NCBI GenBank assembly: GCA_002269645.1
Contig: NIVC01000013.1
Location: forward strand, 310,001-374,000
From: Macrostomum lignano
Lineage: Eukaryota
DNA: 64,000 nt
Direction: 5' to 3'
This document shows positions 12,547 through 34,167 of this stretch, in pieces. Positions within the stretch are counted from its first letter, which is position 1. Every line of letters starts with the position of its first letter. The translations under genes were made by a program, and so were the position numbers. The notes below the pieces were generated by a model. That model was not told where the DNA came from. It was given only the letters and a program-made list of their open reading frames with translations, and did no database searches.

Positions 12547-15500
12547 CTAGCAATCTACGCCCCCGTTGGGGAGCCAAAGAAATGCAATACACGTTTTTTT
12601 AATAAGCTACATGTATCCTTGAAATCTTAAAAAATCTCCTGTCAAACCTTGTAAGCCTTGACATGTCAGTTATCCCCCCCCACAAGCTTTAACATATCAA
12701 CTTCCCCCCTTGACATCTCAGCAATGCCCCCAATAAGCCTTGGAAATCTAAAAATATCTGTCAACCTTCTAACCCTAACCCTAACCTAACCCTAAAGCAT
12801 TGAAATTTCAGTAATTCTCTCTAAGAGTCATTATAGCACTACTACAGCATTATAGCGATTCCCTGCAAGCCTCGACATCGTAGGGATTCCCAAATGAATA
12901 TCTTAACTTCGACATGAAGCTTCTTTTATTTTTTACATTACGCTTTTTTAATCAGCGATCCCTCCCCTGAGGAGGCATCAAATAATGTAATAAAAAGTTT
13001 TCAATAAACTACATGTAGCTTCTGACTTTAGCCTTGAAATCTCATTTATACCCTCGTGAGCCTTGACATCTCAGCTATTCCCCCCGTAAGCCTTGACATG
13101 TCAGCGATGGCCCCCCATAAACCTTGAAATCTAAAAAATCCCGTTAACCTTGAAACCCGATAAAATATAACCCTCAACCAACACCTTACCTAAACCTAAC
13201 TTTAACCCAACCTAAAGCCTTGAAATCTCAGCAATTCTTCTCCCTAAGCCTTGACATTTTAGTGATTCCTTCTTTAAGAATCACAGCACTATAACGATTT
13301 CCACCTAGCTTTGACATCGTAGCAATTCCCAAATGAATCTTTTAACTTCGACATGACTTTTCTATTATGTATACATAGTGCTACTTTTATTTTTTACATG
13401 ACTCTTCTTCTATCAGCGCCCCCCCCGTGGCGAGCCAACAAAGAATGCAATAAAAAAATTGAGTAAAGTACATTAACTTTGAATTAGCTTCTGACTTTTG
13501 CTTTGACATCTCAGAACCCCACCCCCCGTAATCTCAGTTATTCTCCGTGAGCCTTTACGTCTCAGTTTTTCTCCCCAGCACAGCATTATAGCTGCATTTA
13601 TTTTTACATGACACCCTTCATGTCTGACATGACGCTTCTTTTATTCTACCATGATGCTTCTTAATTTTTTAAATGACACTTTTATTAGTTTTTACATGAC
13701 GCTTCTATGATTTTTTTACATGACGCTTCTATGATTTTTTTACATGACGCTTCTATGATTGTTTACATGACGCTTCTCTGATTTTTACATGACGCTTCTA
13801 TGATTTTTTACATGACGCTTCTATGATTGTTTACGTGACGCTTCTATGATTTTTACATGACGCTTCTATGATTTTTTACATGACGCTTCTATGATTTTTA
13901 CATGACGCTTCTATGATTGTTTACATGACGCTTCTATGATTTTTTTTACATGACGCTTCTATGATTGTTTACACGACGCTTCTATGATTTTTACATGACG
14001 CTTCTATGATTGTTTACATGACGCTTCTATGATTTTTTAAATGACGCTTCTATGATTTTTATATGACGCTTCTACGATTTGTTACATGACGCTTCTATGA
14101 TTTTTTACATGACGCTTCTATGATTTTTTATATGACGCTTCTATGATTTTTACATGACGCTTCCATGATTGTTTACATGACGCTTCTATGATTGTTTACA
14201 TGACGCTTCTATGATTTTTATATGACGCTTCTACGATTTTTCACATGACGCTTCTATGATTGTTTACATGACGCTTCTATGATTGTTTACATGACGCTTC
14301 TATGATTGTTTACATGACGCTTCTATGATTTTTATATGACGCTTCTACGATTTTTTACATGACGCTTCTATGATTGTTTACATGACGCTTCTATGATTTT
14401 TTATATGACGCTTCTATGATTTTTACATGACGCTTCCATGATTGTTTACATGACGCTTCTATGATTGTTTACATGACGCTTCTATGATTTTTATATGACG
14501 CTTCTATGATTGTTTACATGACGCTTCTATGATTGTTTACATGACGCTTCTACGGTTTTTTACATGACGCTTCTATGATTGTTTACATGACGCTTCTATG
14601 ATTGTTTACATGACGCCTCTATGATTCTTTACATGACGCTTCTATGATTTTTTACATGACGCTTCTATGATTTTTACATGACGCTTCTATGATTGTTTAC
14701 ACGACGCTTCTATGATTTTTACATAACGCTTCTACGATATTTTACAAGACGCTTCTCTGATTGTTTACATGACGCTTCTATGATTTTTTACATGACGCTT
14801 CTATGCTTTTTATATGACGCTTCTACGATTTTTTACATGACGCTTCTATGATTGTTTACATGACGCTTCTATGATTTTTTAAATGACACTTCTATGATTT
14901 TTATATGACACTTCTATGATTGTTTACATGACGCTTCTCTGATTGTTTACATGACGCTTCTATGATTGTTTACATGACGCTTCTATGATTTTTTAAATGA
15001 CACTTCTATGATTTTTATATGACACTTCTATGATTGTTTACATGACGCTTCTCTGATTGTTTACATGACGCTTCTATGATTGTTTACATGACGCTTCTAT
15101 GATTTTTTAAATGACGCTTCTATGATTTTTACATGACGCTTCCTTTTAAAAAGTCTTTTAGTTTTCCTGACGTTGAAAAGCTTTAATTAAAAAAATTATA
15201 CTCTATGAAAATTCGAATCATCGTCGCTGCATTTAGCAGTTCAGTTTGTTCACCTCTAGGCTAGCTCTCATCGTTTTGATAACATCAAATTTTTCACTTA
15301 TTTAATTCAACACTTTAAAATCCAAGCATAGAGTAAATCACACGAAGCAGTTATGACATAATCAGTTTCTCAGTCAAAACAAAATTTTCATTTTTAGTAT
15401 ATAGGATATGGTTACGCAATTTAAATCAAGTCTGGTGCTACGCTTCCACACTGCATTTTCAATTCAAGTCGGAGTTACAATTCAGTTATGATGCAATCTA

Positions 15501-15731
15501 TTTCAGAATCAGAATTCAACCAGTCAGTTTTTTCTCTAGCATTCTTACAATGCATTTCAAGTCGAAAAGTTTGCTTGACCTTTGCAAAAAAGTATGTTTT
15601 TCGAATATTTAATGCCTTTAGCATCGAGCAATTTCTTAGCCACGATGCATGTACCGTCACGGGAAAATTTCTGATCGAACAGTGCAAGTTCGAACAAAAT
15701 CGGTCCAGCCATTTTTTCTCTAATCGATCAC

Positions 15732-15764
<33 letters not shown>

Positions 15765-15793
15765 CACAGACAGACCATTTTTAGTATATAGGA
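12547..15793 (-). mobile_element. Helitron unit, family A (3247 bp)
   Basis: CTAG 12547-12550; 5' TC at 15793. Confidence 0.8.
13692..15141. repeat. 22-23-bp minisatellite (family A)
   Basis: Tandem copies. Confidence 0.97.
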
Positions 15794-18700
15794 CTAGCAA
15801 TCTACGCCCCCCGTTGGGGAGCCAAAGAAATGCAATACACGTTTTTTTAATAAGCTACATGTATCCTTGAAATCTTAAAAAATCTCCTATCAAACCTTGT
15901 AAGCCTTGACATGTCAGTAATTCCCCCCCACAAGCTTTAACATATCAACTTCCCCCCTTGACATCTCAGCCATGCCCCCAATAAGCCTTGGAAATCTAAA
16001 AATATCTGTCAACCTTCTAACCCTAACCCTAACCTAACCCTAAAGCATTGAAATTTCAGTAATTCTCTCTAAGAGTCATTATAGCACTACTACAGCATTA
16101 TAGCGATTCCCTGCAAGCCTCGACATCGTAGGGATTCCCAAATGAATATCTTAACTTCGACATGAAGCTTCTTTTATTTTTTACATTACGCTTTTTTAAT
16201 TAGCGATCCCTCCCCTGAGGAGGCATCAAATAATGTAATAAAAAGTTTTCAATAAACTACATGTAGCTTCTGACTTTAGCCTTGAAATCTCATTTATACC
16301 CCGTGAGCCTTGACATCTCAGCTATTCCCCCCGTAAGCCTTGACATGTCAGCGATGGCGCCCATAAACCTTGAAATCTGAAAAATCCCCTGCTAACCTTG
16401 AAACTCGATAAAATATAACCCTCAACCCACACCTGACCTAAACCTAACTTTAACCCAACCTAAAGCCTTGAAATCTCAGCAATTCTTCTCCCCTAAGCCT
16501 TGACATTTTAGTGATTCCTTCTTTAAGAATCACAGCACTATAACGATTTCCACCTAGCTTTGACATCGTAGCAATTCCCAAATGAATCTTTTAACTTCGA
16601 CATGACTTTTCTTTTATGTATATATAGTGCTACTTTTATTTTTTACATGACTCTTCTTCTATCAGCGCCTCCCGTGGCGAGCCAACAAAGAATGCAATAA
16701 AAAAAATTGAGTAAAGTACATGAACTTTGAATTAGCTTCTGACTTTTGCTTTGACATCTCAGAAACCCCCCCCGTAATATCAGTTATTCTCTGAGAGCCT
16801 TGACGTCTCAGTTTTTCTCCCCAGCACAGCATTATAGCTGCATTTAATTTTTCCATGACACCTTTCATGTCTGACATGACGCTTCTTTTATTCTACTATG
16901 ATGCTTCTTAATTTTTTAAATGACACTTTCATTAGTTTTTAAATGACGCTTCTATGATTTTTTCATGACGCTTCTATGATTTTAACATGACGCTTCTATG
17001 ATTTTTTCATGACGCTTCTATGATTGTTTACATGACGCTTCTATGATTGTTTATATGACGCTTCGATGATTTTTAAAATGACGCTTCTATGATTTTTTAA
17101 ATGACGCTTCTATGATTGTTTACATAACGCTTTTATGATTTTTACATGACGCTTCTATGATTGTTTACATGACGCTTCTATGATTTTTTACATGACTCTT
17201 CTATGATTTTTACATGGCGCTTCTATGATTGTTTACATGGCGCTTCTATGATTGTTTACATGACGCTTCTATGATTGTTTATATGACGCTTCTATGATTT
17301 TTTACATGACGCTTCTATGATTGTTTACACGATGCTTCTATGATTTTTTTCATGACGCTTCTATGATTTTTACATGACGCTTCTATGATTTTTACATGAC
17401 GCTTCTATGATTTTTACATGACGCTTCTATGATTGTTTACATGACGCTTCTATGATTGTTTATATGACGCTTCTATGATTTTTTACATGACGCTTCTATG
17501 ATTTTTTACATGACGCTTCTATGATTGTTTACACGATGCTTCTATGATTTTTTACATGACGCTTCTATGATTTTTTACATGACGCTTCTATGATTATTTC
17601 ATGACGCTTCTACGATTTCTGCAGGACGCTTCAATGATTTTTACATGACGCTTCTATGATTTTTACATGACGCTTCTATGATTGTTTGCATGACGCTTCT
17701 ATGATTGTTTATATGACGCTTCTATGCTTTTTACATGACGCTTCTATGATTTTTTACATGACGCTACTATGATTTTTACATTACGCTTCTATGATTGTTT
17801 ACATGACGCTTCCATGATTGTTTACATGACGCTTCTATGATTTTTTACATGACGTTTTTTTGATTTTTATATGACGCCTCTATGATTTTTATATTACGCT
17901 CTTACGATTTTTTACATGACTCTTCTATGATTTTTACATGACGCTTTAATGATTTTTTCATGACGCTTCTACGATTTTTTACAAGAAGCTTCTATGATTG
18001 TTTACATGACGCTTCTATGATTGTTTGCATGACGCTTCTATGATTGTTTACATGACGCTTCTATGATTTTTTACATGACACTTCTATGCTTTTTACATGA
18101 TGCTTCCACGATTTTTTACATGACGCTTCTATGATTGTTTACATGACGCTTCTATGATTTTTTACATGACACTTCTATGATTTTTAAATGACGCTTCTAC
18201 GATTTCTGCAGGACGCTTCAATGATTTTTACATGACACTTCTATGCTTTTTACATGATGCTTCCACGATTTTTTACATGACACTTCTATGATTTTTTAAA
18301 TGACGCTTCTACGATTTTTTACATGACGCTTTTATGATGTTTTAGATGACGCTTCTATGATTTTTTACATGACGCTTCTATGATTTTTACATGACGCTTC
18401 TATGATTGTTTACACGATGCTTCTATGATTTTTTACATGACGCTTCTATGATTTTTTACATGACGCTTCTATGATTTTTACATGACGCTTCTATGATTTT
18501 TACATGACGCTTCTATGATTGTTTACATGACGCTTCTATGATTGTTTATATGACGCTTCTATGATTTTTTACATGACGCTTCTATGATTTTTTACATGAC
18601 GCTTCTATGATTGTTTACACGATGCTTCTATGATTTTTTACATGACGCTTCTATGATTTTTTACATGACGCTTCTATGATTTTTTACATGACGCTTCTAT

Positions 18701-20227
18701 GATTATTTCATGACGCTTCTACGATTTCTGCAGGACGCTTCAATGATTTTTACATGACACCTCTATGATTTTTACATGACGCTTCTATGATTTTTTACAT
18801 GACGTTTTTTTGATTTTTATATGACGCCTCTATGATTTTTTAAATGACGCTTCTATGATTTTTATATTACGCTCTTACGATATTTTACATGACGCTTCTA
18901 TGATTGTTTACACGATGCTTTTATGATTGTTTACATGACGCTTCTATGATTGTTTACATGACGCTTCTATGATTGTTTGCATGACGCTTCTATGATTGTT
19001 TACATGACGCTTCTATGATTGTTTACACGATGCTTCTATGATTGTTTACATGACGCTTCTATGATTGTTTACATGACGCTTCTATGATTGTTTGCATGAC
19101 GCTTCTATGATTGTTTACATGACGCTTCTATGATTTTTTACATGACGCTTCTATGCTTTTTACATGATGCTTCCACGATTTTTTACATGACACTTCCACG
19201 ATTTTTTACAAGACGCTTCTCTGATTGTTTACATGACGCTTCTATGATTTTTTACATGACGCTTCTATGCTTTTTATATGACGCTTCTACGATTTTTACA
19301 TGACGCTTCTATGATTGTTTACATGACGCTTCTATGATTTTTTAAATGACACTTCTATGATTTTTATATGACACTTCTATGATTGTTTACATGACGCTTC
19401 TCTGATTGTTTACATGACGCTTCTATGATTGTTTACATGACGCTTCTATGATTTTTTAAATGACACTTCTATGATTTTTATATGACACTTCTATGATTGT
19501 TTACATGACGCTTCTCTGATTGTTTACATGACGCTTCTATGATTGTTTACATGACGCTTCTATGATTTTTTAAATGACGCTTCTATGATTTTTACATGAC
19601 GCTTCCTTTTAAAAAGTCTTTTAGTTTTCCTGACGTTGAAAAGCTTTAATTAAAAAAATTATACTCTCTAAAAATTCGAACCATCGTTTCTGCATTTAGC
19701 AGTTCAGTCTGTTTACCTCTAGGCTAGCTCTCATCGTTTTGATAACATGAATTCAGCACTTATAATTATAAGTTTCAAAACTCCAAGCATAGAGTAAATC
19801 ACACGAGGCAGTTATTACATAATCAATTTCTCAGTCAGTCAGTATCAGTTAACAATATTGTTGCGCAATCTAAATCAAGTCTGGTGCTACGCTTCCACAC
19901 TGCATTTTCAATACTGTGACGCAATTCAAGTCGGAGTTACAATTCAGTTATGATGTAATCCATTTCAGAATCAGAATTCAACCAGTCAGTTTTTTCTCTA
20001 GCATTCTTACAATGCATTTCAAGTCGAAAAGTTTGCTTGACCTTTGCAAAAAAGCATGTTTTTCGAATATTTAATCGCTTTAACATGGAGCAATTTCTTA
20101 GCCAAGATGCATGTACCGTCCCAGGAAAATTTCTGATCGAACAGTGCAAGTTCGAAGAAAATCGGTCCAGCCATTTTTTCTCTGATCGATTGCGTACAAA
20201 CAAACAACTCATTTTTAGTATATAGGA
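15794..20227 (-). mobile_element. Helitron unit, family A (terminal unit, longest satellite)
   Basis: CTAG 15794-15797; 5' TCCTATATACTAAAAATGAG at 20227, preceded on the minus strand by T rather than the canonical A. Confidence 0.75.
16944..19605. repeat. 22-23-bp minisatellite (family A)
   Basis: Tandem copies, more diverged variants. Confidence 0.97.
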
Positions 20228-20769
20228 AGTTTTGATTTTTAGTATATTGGATTGACTTTATTGAAAGATTGAACCGTGATAGAAGTTCTAGCAACACATG
20301 AAACCAACCAGTATCAAGCCAGGATCAAGGACTAGTCAAGTTTTTAAGCAGTAAGAAGCACTGCAACATTACAACAGACATGGTACTCAAGCCAATTAAA
20401 CGATCCAAACAACAGGACTGCCTGGTGAAGCCGGACGCAACGGTTCGGACACGATTGGCTGGTACTCCGGCTTCACCGGCTTTGGTGGAACCAACGGGGC
20501 TCCGGGCTCCAACACTCCGAGCCGCACTGGGTCCGGCTACACCCACGGCGGCTGCGGTGCCGGCTGGCTCGGCAAGGCCGTCAACCCGAGACGAGGCAAC
20601 ACTGACGGAGAGCGAGGCGGTAGCGCGGCCGACGGCTGGGTCGGCGGCAGCGGCGGAGGCGGGAGCGCTGGAGGCAGAAGAGGAGCTCCTGGCGCCGGTG
20701 GCGGCTTTAGCGGAGGCGGTGGAAGTCTCGGATTCGGCCACGCTGGATCGGAGGCGGCGGCTCCGCCTG

Positions 20770-22690
20770 TGAAGAGTTTCTTCGAGTGCTGATCAGTCAC
20801 CCGAAAACTCCCACTTCCAGACCCTAAGCCTGGGAACAAAATTCCGTGATCACTTACTGTTGCGGGCTCCTCTTCTTTGTCGCGCGTGTCTGTAGAGCTT
20901 GTCTTCGCAAAGGTGTTCCTCCTGGGGTAGTCTTCCTGAAGTCTAAAATCGGCCGAAGGTGAGAGCGTAACAATCAACTCGACGTCGCAGTATTCCTCGA
21001 GTGCAGAAATCAATATCAACGATGTGCCCTACTATCAAAATCAAATTCTATAACAACACGAGGTCCTCCAAAAGGGGCGTCTTCTTCTAGAACTAACGGA
21101 ATCGGAGTCTTGTGCTCCTATCGCGTATCGGTCAATCTAGGATAATCCAAGATCAATCACTCGATAATCCTATAAGGGTATCGGAATCGGTCCGCAGATC
21201 CTATCCAATCCTTTAGGAAAATGGGAGGCCTCAACTTCAATGAACTCAGTTAAAAAAATTGAGCAGTAACGTCCGGCAATAAAATTGCTCTCAGTAATCG
21301 AAATAACAAAGGCTCGAACACGGCTTACCGAACGGTATTCTTTCCTCAGAGATATAGCCTCTTTGGCTGCTCTTGCAGAGTCCAAGATCTTCGGAGGCTG
21401 CTCCGAGTCTGAGATTTTTAGCGCTAATTTTAGCTTGTACTCATTTAATAAAATTTTGCGAGAATCAGGCTATTTTTAGTAGGTGACCATTTCGCGTTTT
21501 GGAAATTTGACCTCTCAAAATTGAATAGAATACAATAGATACCATGGTAATTTGAGCATCGAGTACCATATTTGGGGTTCTAAATTTAATGTTGCAAAGG
21601 ATGATCACTTGTTGTTATTGTGGTCTTTTAAAAATAGTGAGGCAGAATCTTTATAAACTATGTATATTACTTATAACAGTAGTTAAACCCGAGTTTTAAT
21701 CATAGCCAATCAGAAATTTTCTTCCCCATTTGTTTAAATTCCCCAAACAAATCGAATTCTTTTGTTATAATTTTAGTGATTGTTAAAATGCGTCCCACCT
21801 TCCCCAAATTTTCTGTATATAAGGAATTAGGTTGACGCTAAAAAAATATAACTTCTTCCTCGGCGATCGTTCTCAAATTTTGCCTTCAGCCACTTGCGAG
21901 AATCTTTTAGCGAAACAAATCTAAATTTGGCTAAGACTTATCTCGTTATTTCTTTCACTAGATAGGGAAACCAGAGGTCGTGGAGACCCAAAACCAGGAT
22001 TCTAGATAGGGAAACCAGAGGTCGTGGAGACCCAAAACCAGGATTCTAGATAGGGAAACCAGAGGTCGTGGAGACCCAAAACCAGGATTCTAGATAGGGA
22101 AACCAGAGGTCGTGGAGACCCAAAACCAGGATTCTAGATAGGGAAACCAGAGGTCGTGGAGACCTAATAACAGAAATTTGGACAGGGAGATCGAGATCGT
22201 ATAGATCCAAAGAAAGCCATACAGGCTAATAATAAGCATTACGCATTAAGAGATTAGGTATTAGGGAAGTAGATTAGCTACCGCTGGACACCCTTGGTCC
22301 CCGGAAGACGCTATACTTTTGGACTGAATTAAGGATTAGACAGTGTCTTACCGCTCGGGCACTACACGCTATCACAAGGTTTCTAGGAAATCGTGTGAAA
22401 TTAGAAGTTTCTAGGAAAAAGTAATAATTTAGGGCTGCCAACGCTACTCAAAGTAGATATATTAGTGACAATTTATAGAATAAAGAAATTAGAACTAAAG
22501 GACAGCAGTAAATTGGTGAGATAATTTCAGTAGGAACCCTAAGGCCTAACACAGAGGGTAGCATAGTGAGAGGTAGAGGAGAGAACTAGCACAATAGAGT
22601 ATGACAACTCATCATTTTAGATTCGCATTTTCGCATTTTTTCGTTACTACTTATAGTAGTTTTCTTATACCGTATTTGGAGATCTCTACA
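20770..22690. mobile_element. Probable solo LTR (1921 bp)
   Basis: Starts TG and ends CA; terminal 7 nt form an imperfect inverted repeat (TGAAGAG / CTCTACA); 4-bp target-site duplication CCTG at 20766-20769 and 22691-22694; removing it rejoins a Gly-rich reading frame; no pol ORF or second LTR seen. Confidence 0.7.
21958..22165. repeat. 44-bp tandem repeat (about 4.7 copies) inside the LTR-like insertion
   Basis: CTAGATAGGGAAACCAGAGGTCGTGGAGACCCAAAACCAGGATT repeated exactly. Confidence 0.97.
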
Positions 22691-24479
22691 CCTGCATCGG
22701 CGGCAGCGGCCGCATCACCGTCACTGGCGGCAACTCAGACAGAGAGCAGGGAATTGAGTGGCTGTGCGGCTGCTGCACGCTTCTTCGTCAATTTGTTGAT
22801 TCGTTCGTAAACCCTATTTTATAAAGCGTTGCTGATTGAAGCGTTGCGATGATCTTTATTACTTTTTAAAATGTGTTACACGAATGTATTGACGCTTATG
22901 TATTGCAAAAGGCAAATCAGAATTTCTTGTTTTGTATACCATGTATAGTAGTGAAAATGCCTGTCTTACGAGTAAAGTCTTCTGACTCTCTGTTTCTATA
23001 AAAAAATGCTGATTTTGAATCTCTCTGTGTGGAAAAATAATTGTTATAGAAATTAGCAATAACAGGGAGTAGTAGCTTCATGTATTTATTTGCTTTTGAT
23101 TTTATATCTAAGTGGAAATACAAGTGTTGAACTTTTTGTGCATGTATGTACGCTGGAATGCATATAGTTCTTTTTATATAGAGTCGGAAGTCTTTTTGTG
23201 GAATCTAATTAATAAGAAATAAAATTCAAACGATTTGACAGTAAGATCTTGCAAACACAATTTATTTTCACTCCTTAATGTATTTTCTGGTGCTTCCGAC
23301 ACCTAAAAATACTGAAACTGGCAAAACTAAGGCGTTTTAATTGCGACTTCAAGGCGTTTGAATACAATTAGATTTAGCACACGATCACAAATCTGATGAC
23401 ATATACAGTAGCGAAATTCAATAGGTAACTTAAATTGTTTTTGTTTAAAAGCTATAACAAAGCATATAATTTCTTTGTATTACAAAATTAGTTACCTATT
23501 TTTCAGTGATAATTAAGGCATAATATGTTATTGTATTTTTCTTTGTTTGAAAGCAAATTATATATTTGGTTGTCAAGGCTGTTAAACAAAGGTTTAACTT
23601 CAGAATTCGATATTCAGTTTACCCACTAATTGTCTTCGCCTTGCACAATCACAAAAACCCTTAAAATGGAATTTTCTCTTCATACCATATCTATAGTTAA
23701 GAGCACACAGAAAGTGGCGTGTAAAATAAAAAGTGTTTTTACTAGCACATATTACTTTAGACTACGCTTACAATTTCTCATTTATAGTCACGTCGGAATG
23801 CCCATTTGTCAAATTATTCTTTCTGAATTCTGAACTTGTGCAATTTTCCGCCTTTCTTCTTCCGATTCTCACTTGTAGCCATGACGTACATATAAGGCAA
23901 TTTAAAGGATTGAAAAATAGCCAGATTAATTTATTTTTGTTCATGATTATTATGTGCATGTTTGCGATAACGTGCTTACTGCTTAGTATTAAAAATACAT
24001 ATTTTTATTGCAATTAAAAATTATCTTTTTTAATACACTTTCTGATTAATCGTAGACGATAGTTAGATCTTAATGCCATAATGCCAATGGTTTTAAAACT
24101 TTCAAAAAGAATTTGATAAAAGTGTTTGATTGAATGAATTACATGTGTGTATGATAGTGCTTGAATGGATGTTGAAAAAATCAATTTTAATTTATGACCT
24201 TCATGAAATTTCACACAAGTTTGTAATACCAAACAGATTTTTATTTGGTGGCATTTTTATAATGAAAATCATAGGCTCTGATTTCAGTATTATAAAATAT
24301 GACATATGTGTAGTACTTGAATTGATTTCTGTTTATTAAATATTTTTTCTGATTTAGAAAAACGTTATACAGATTTAAAATGTTTTAATTATGTACTACT
24401 GATCCTGATGCAAGAAAATTTTGCTATAACAACGACTGGATGATTTTTTCAGCCTAAATCGTCCACAGATAGAGTTAAA

Positions 24480-28995
<4,516 letters not shown>

Positions 28996-30060
28996 AAACT
29001 TTTATAAAGATGGATTAATTTTATTTAAAATATATAATTTATTTTACCCAGCGGTTCAAGCAGACGACCTTTGGGTATGATTTTTTCATTATTTCAATTT
29101 CTTGTCCTCTGGTAACACCTGCACAAGCAACTTTTAAAGCAGGTCCAATGGAAAGTTTTTTACGGCAGGTTGTGTCAGGATTTTTCTGTAAGAAATTAGT
29201 GCGCTGTTATTCAATCTTTGAGTCTGTAACTAAATGCCTTACTGTGTAAATATTTTTAATGGATTTTATAGCCGAATATATTTTTGTTTTTAACTAATAC
29301 TCTGCCTTCAACAATTATAGCACTGTCCCTTCACTGACTATTATATCTTTTATATTTGTTATAATAAAAAAAACAAAGGTTTTTAGGAACTTTCTACGAA
29401 TGCACTTCGGTCTCTTGATGCACTCTGACCACTCAGCTGTACTAAAAGATAATAAAACTGTAATTTTATTTTTGCGTACCTATTTTGACCTACAATTTAC
29501 CCTAATTTTTATCTGGGGAATCTGTCTGCTTAGATAGACTTATGTTTATATTCTTACAACTGCTACAATTGAATATTGTGATAATAAAATATTTTGGCCA
29601 GGGCTCACTCTTCTACTCAAAGTAGTAGTCTTGAAACGAGAGTTTTTTATTGTTTTTAAGCTGTCTAAGAAAAAACCGAAGCAAGTTATATTTTTGCTTA
29701 TATATTTTTCATATTTTAGCAGAAAATTTTCGCAAATGCCTGCAGCATGCATTAAAAAATTTATTTTCTGTTAGTCAGGCGTGCGAGCACATAGAACAAA
29801 CAATTAATGTAAGCAAAATTGAATCAATTTAGTATGAATAGATAGTACTCACTCAGTAATATCATAGGACGTACATGTAATAACATGCAGTGGCAAGTGA
29901 AAAATGAGGCGATATTAAAACCAAGAGCTTATAAATTCACTTAAATATAATATTAACCTTATTACAGAATTAGCTTCGCGCTTGTACATAATTTTAATTT
30001 ATTTTTAGCCTCCAAAAAGTCCATTTTAAAACCATTAACTACAATGTTTATCCGGTTGAC

Positions 30061-34167
<4,107 letters not shown>

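Larger units (their letters stand above)
1..20227 (-). mobile_element. Head-to-tail tandem array of non-autonomous Helitrons (6 units, order on + strand B-A-B-A-A-A)
   Basis: Five minus-strand junctions read GC hairpin (CCCC-AAC-GGGG)...CTAG|TCCTATATACTAAAAATG (the 1737 copy has TCCTATATCCT), at 1737/1738, 5709/5710, 9324/9325, 12546/12547 and 15793/15794. This is a canonical Helitron 3' end abutting a 5' TC end. Free 5' end at 20227. No RepHel ORF seen. Confidence 0.85.
20350..22800 (+). pseudogene. Glycine-rich (ALK/LTK-like, PF12810-type) domain pseudogene interrupted by an LTR-like insertion
   Basis: Frame from 20400 reads TIQTTGLPGEAGRNG...GFGGTNG...HGGCGAGWLG...DGWVGGSGGGGSAGG...GAGGGFSGGGGSLGFGHAG. 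After a 1-nt shift it reads GGGGSAC and, once 20770-22690 is removed, continues IGGSGRITVTGGNSDREQG. A stop at 20397 and frameshifts are present. Confidence 0.5.

Noticed and set aside
290-19605. CRISPR-like regular 23-bp repeats
   Set aside because: Monomers abut with no unique spacers, there are no cas genes, and the context is eukaryotic
340-20297. Short ORFs in the Helitron ends and satellites (e.g. MHCKNAREK..., MLTWWLF...)
   Set aside because: Recurrent by-products of repeated non-coding sequence, with no domain signature and not RepHel
20325-21019. ORFs 20380-20772 (+), 20325-20741 (-) and 20537-21019 (-) as genes
   Set aside because: Shadow frames of the GC-rich Gly-coding relic; they cross or abut the LTR boundary
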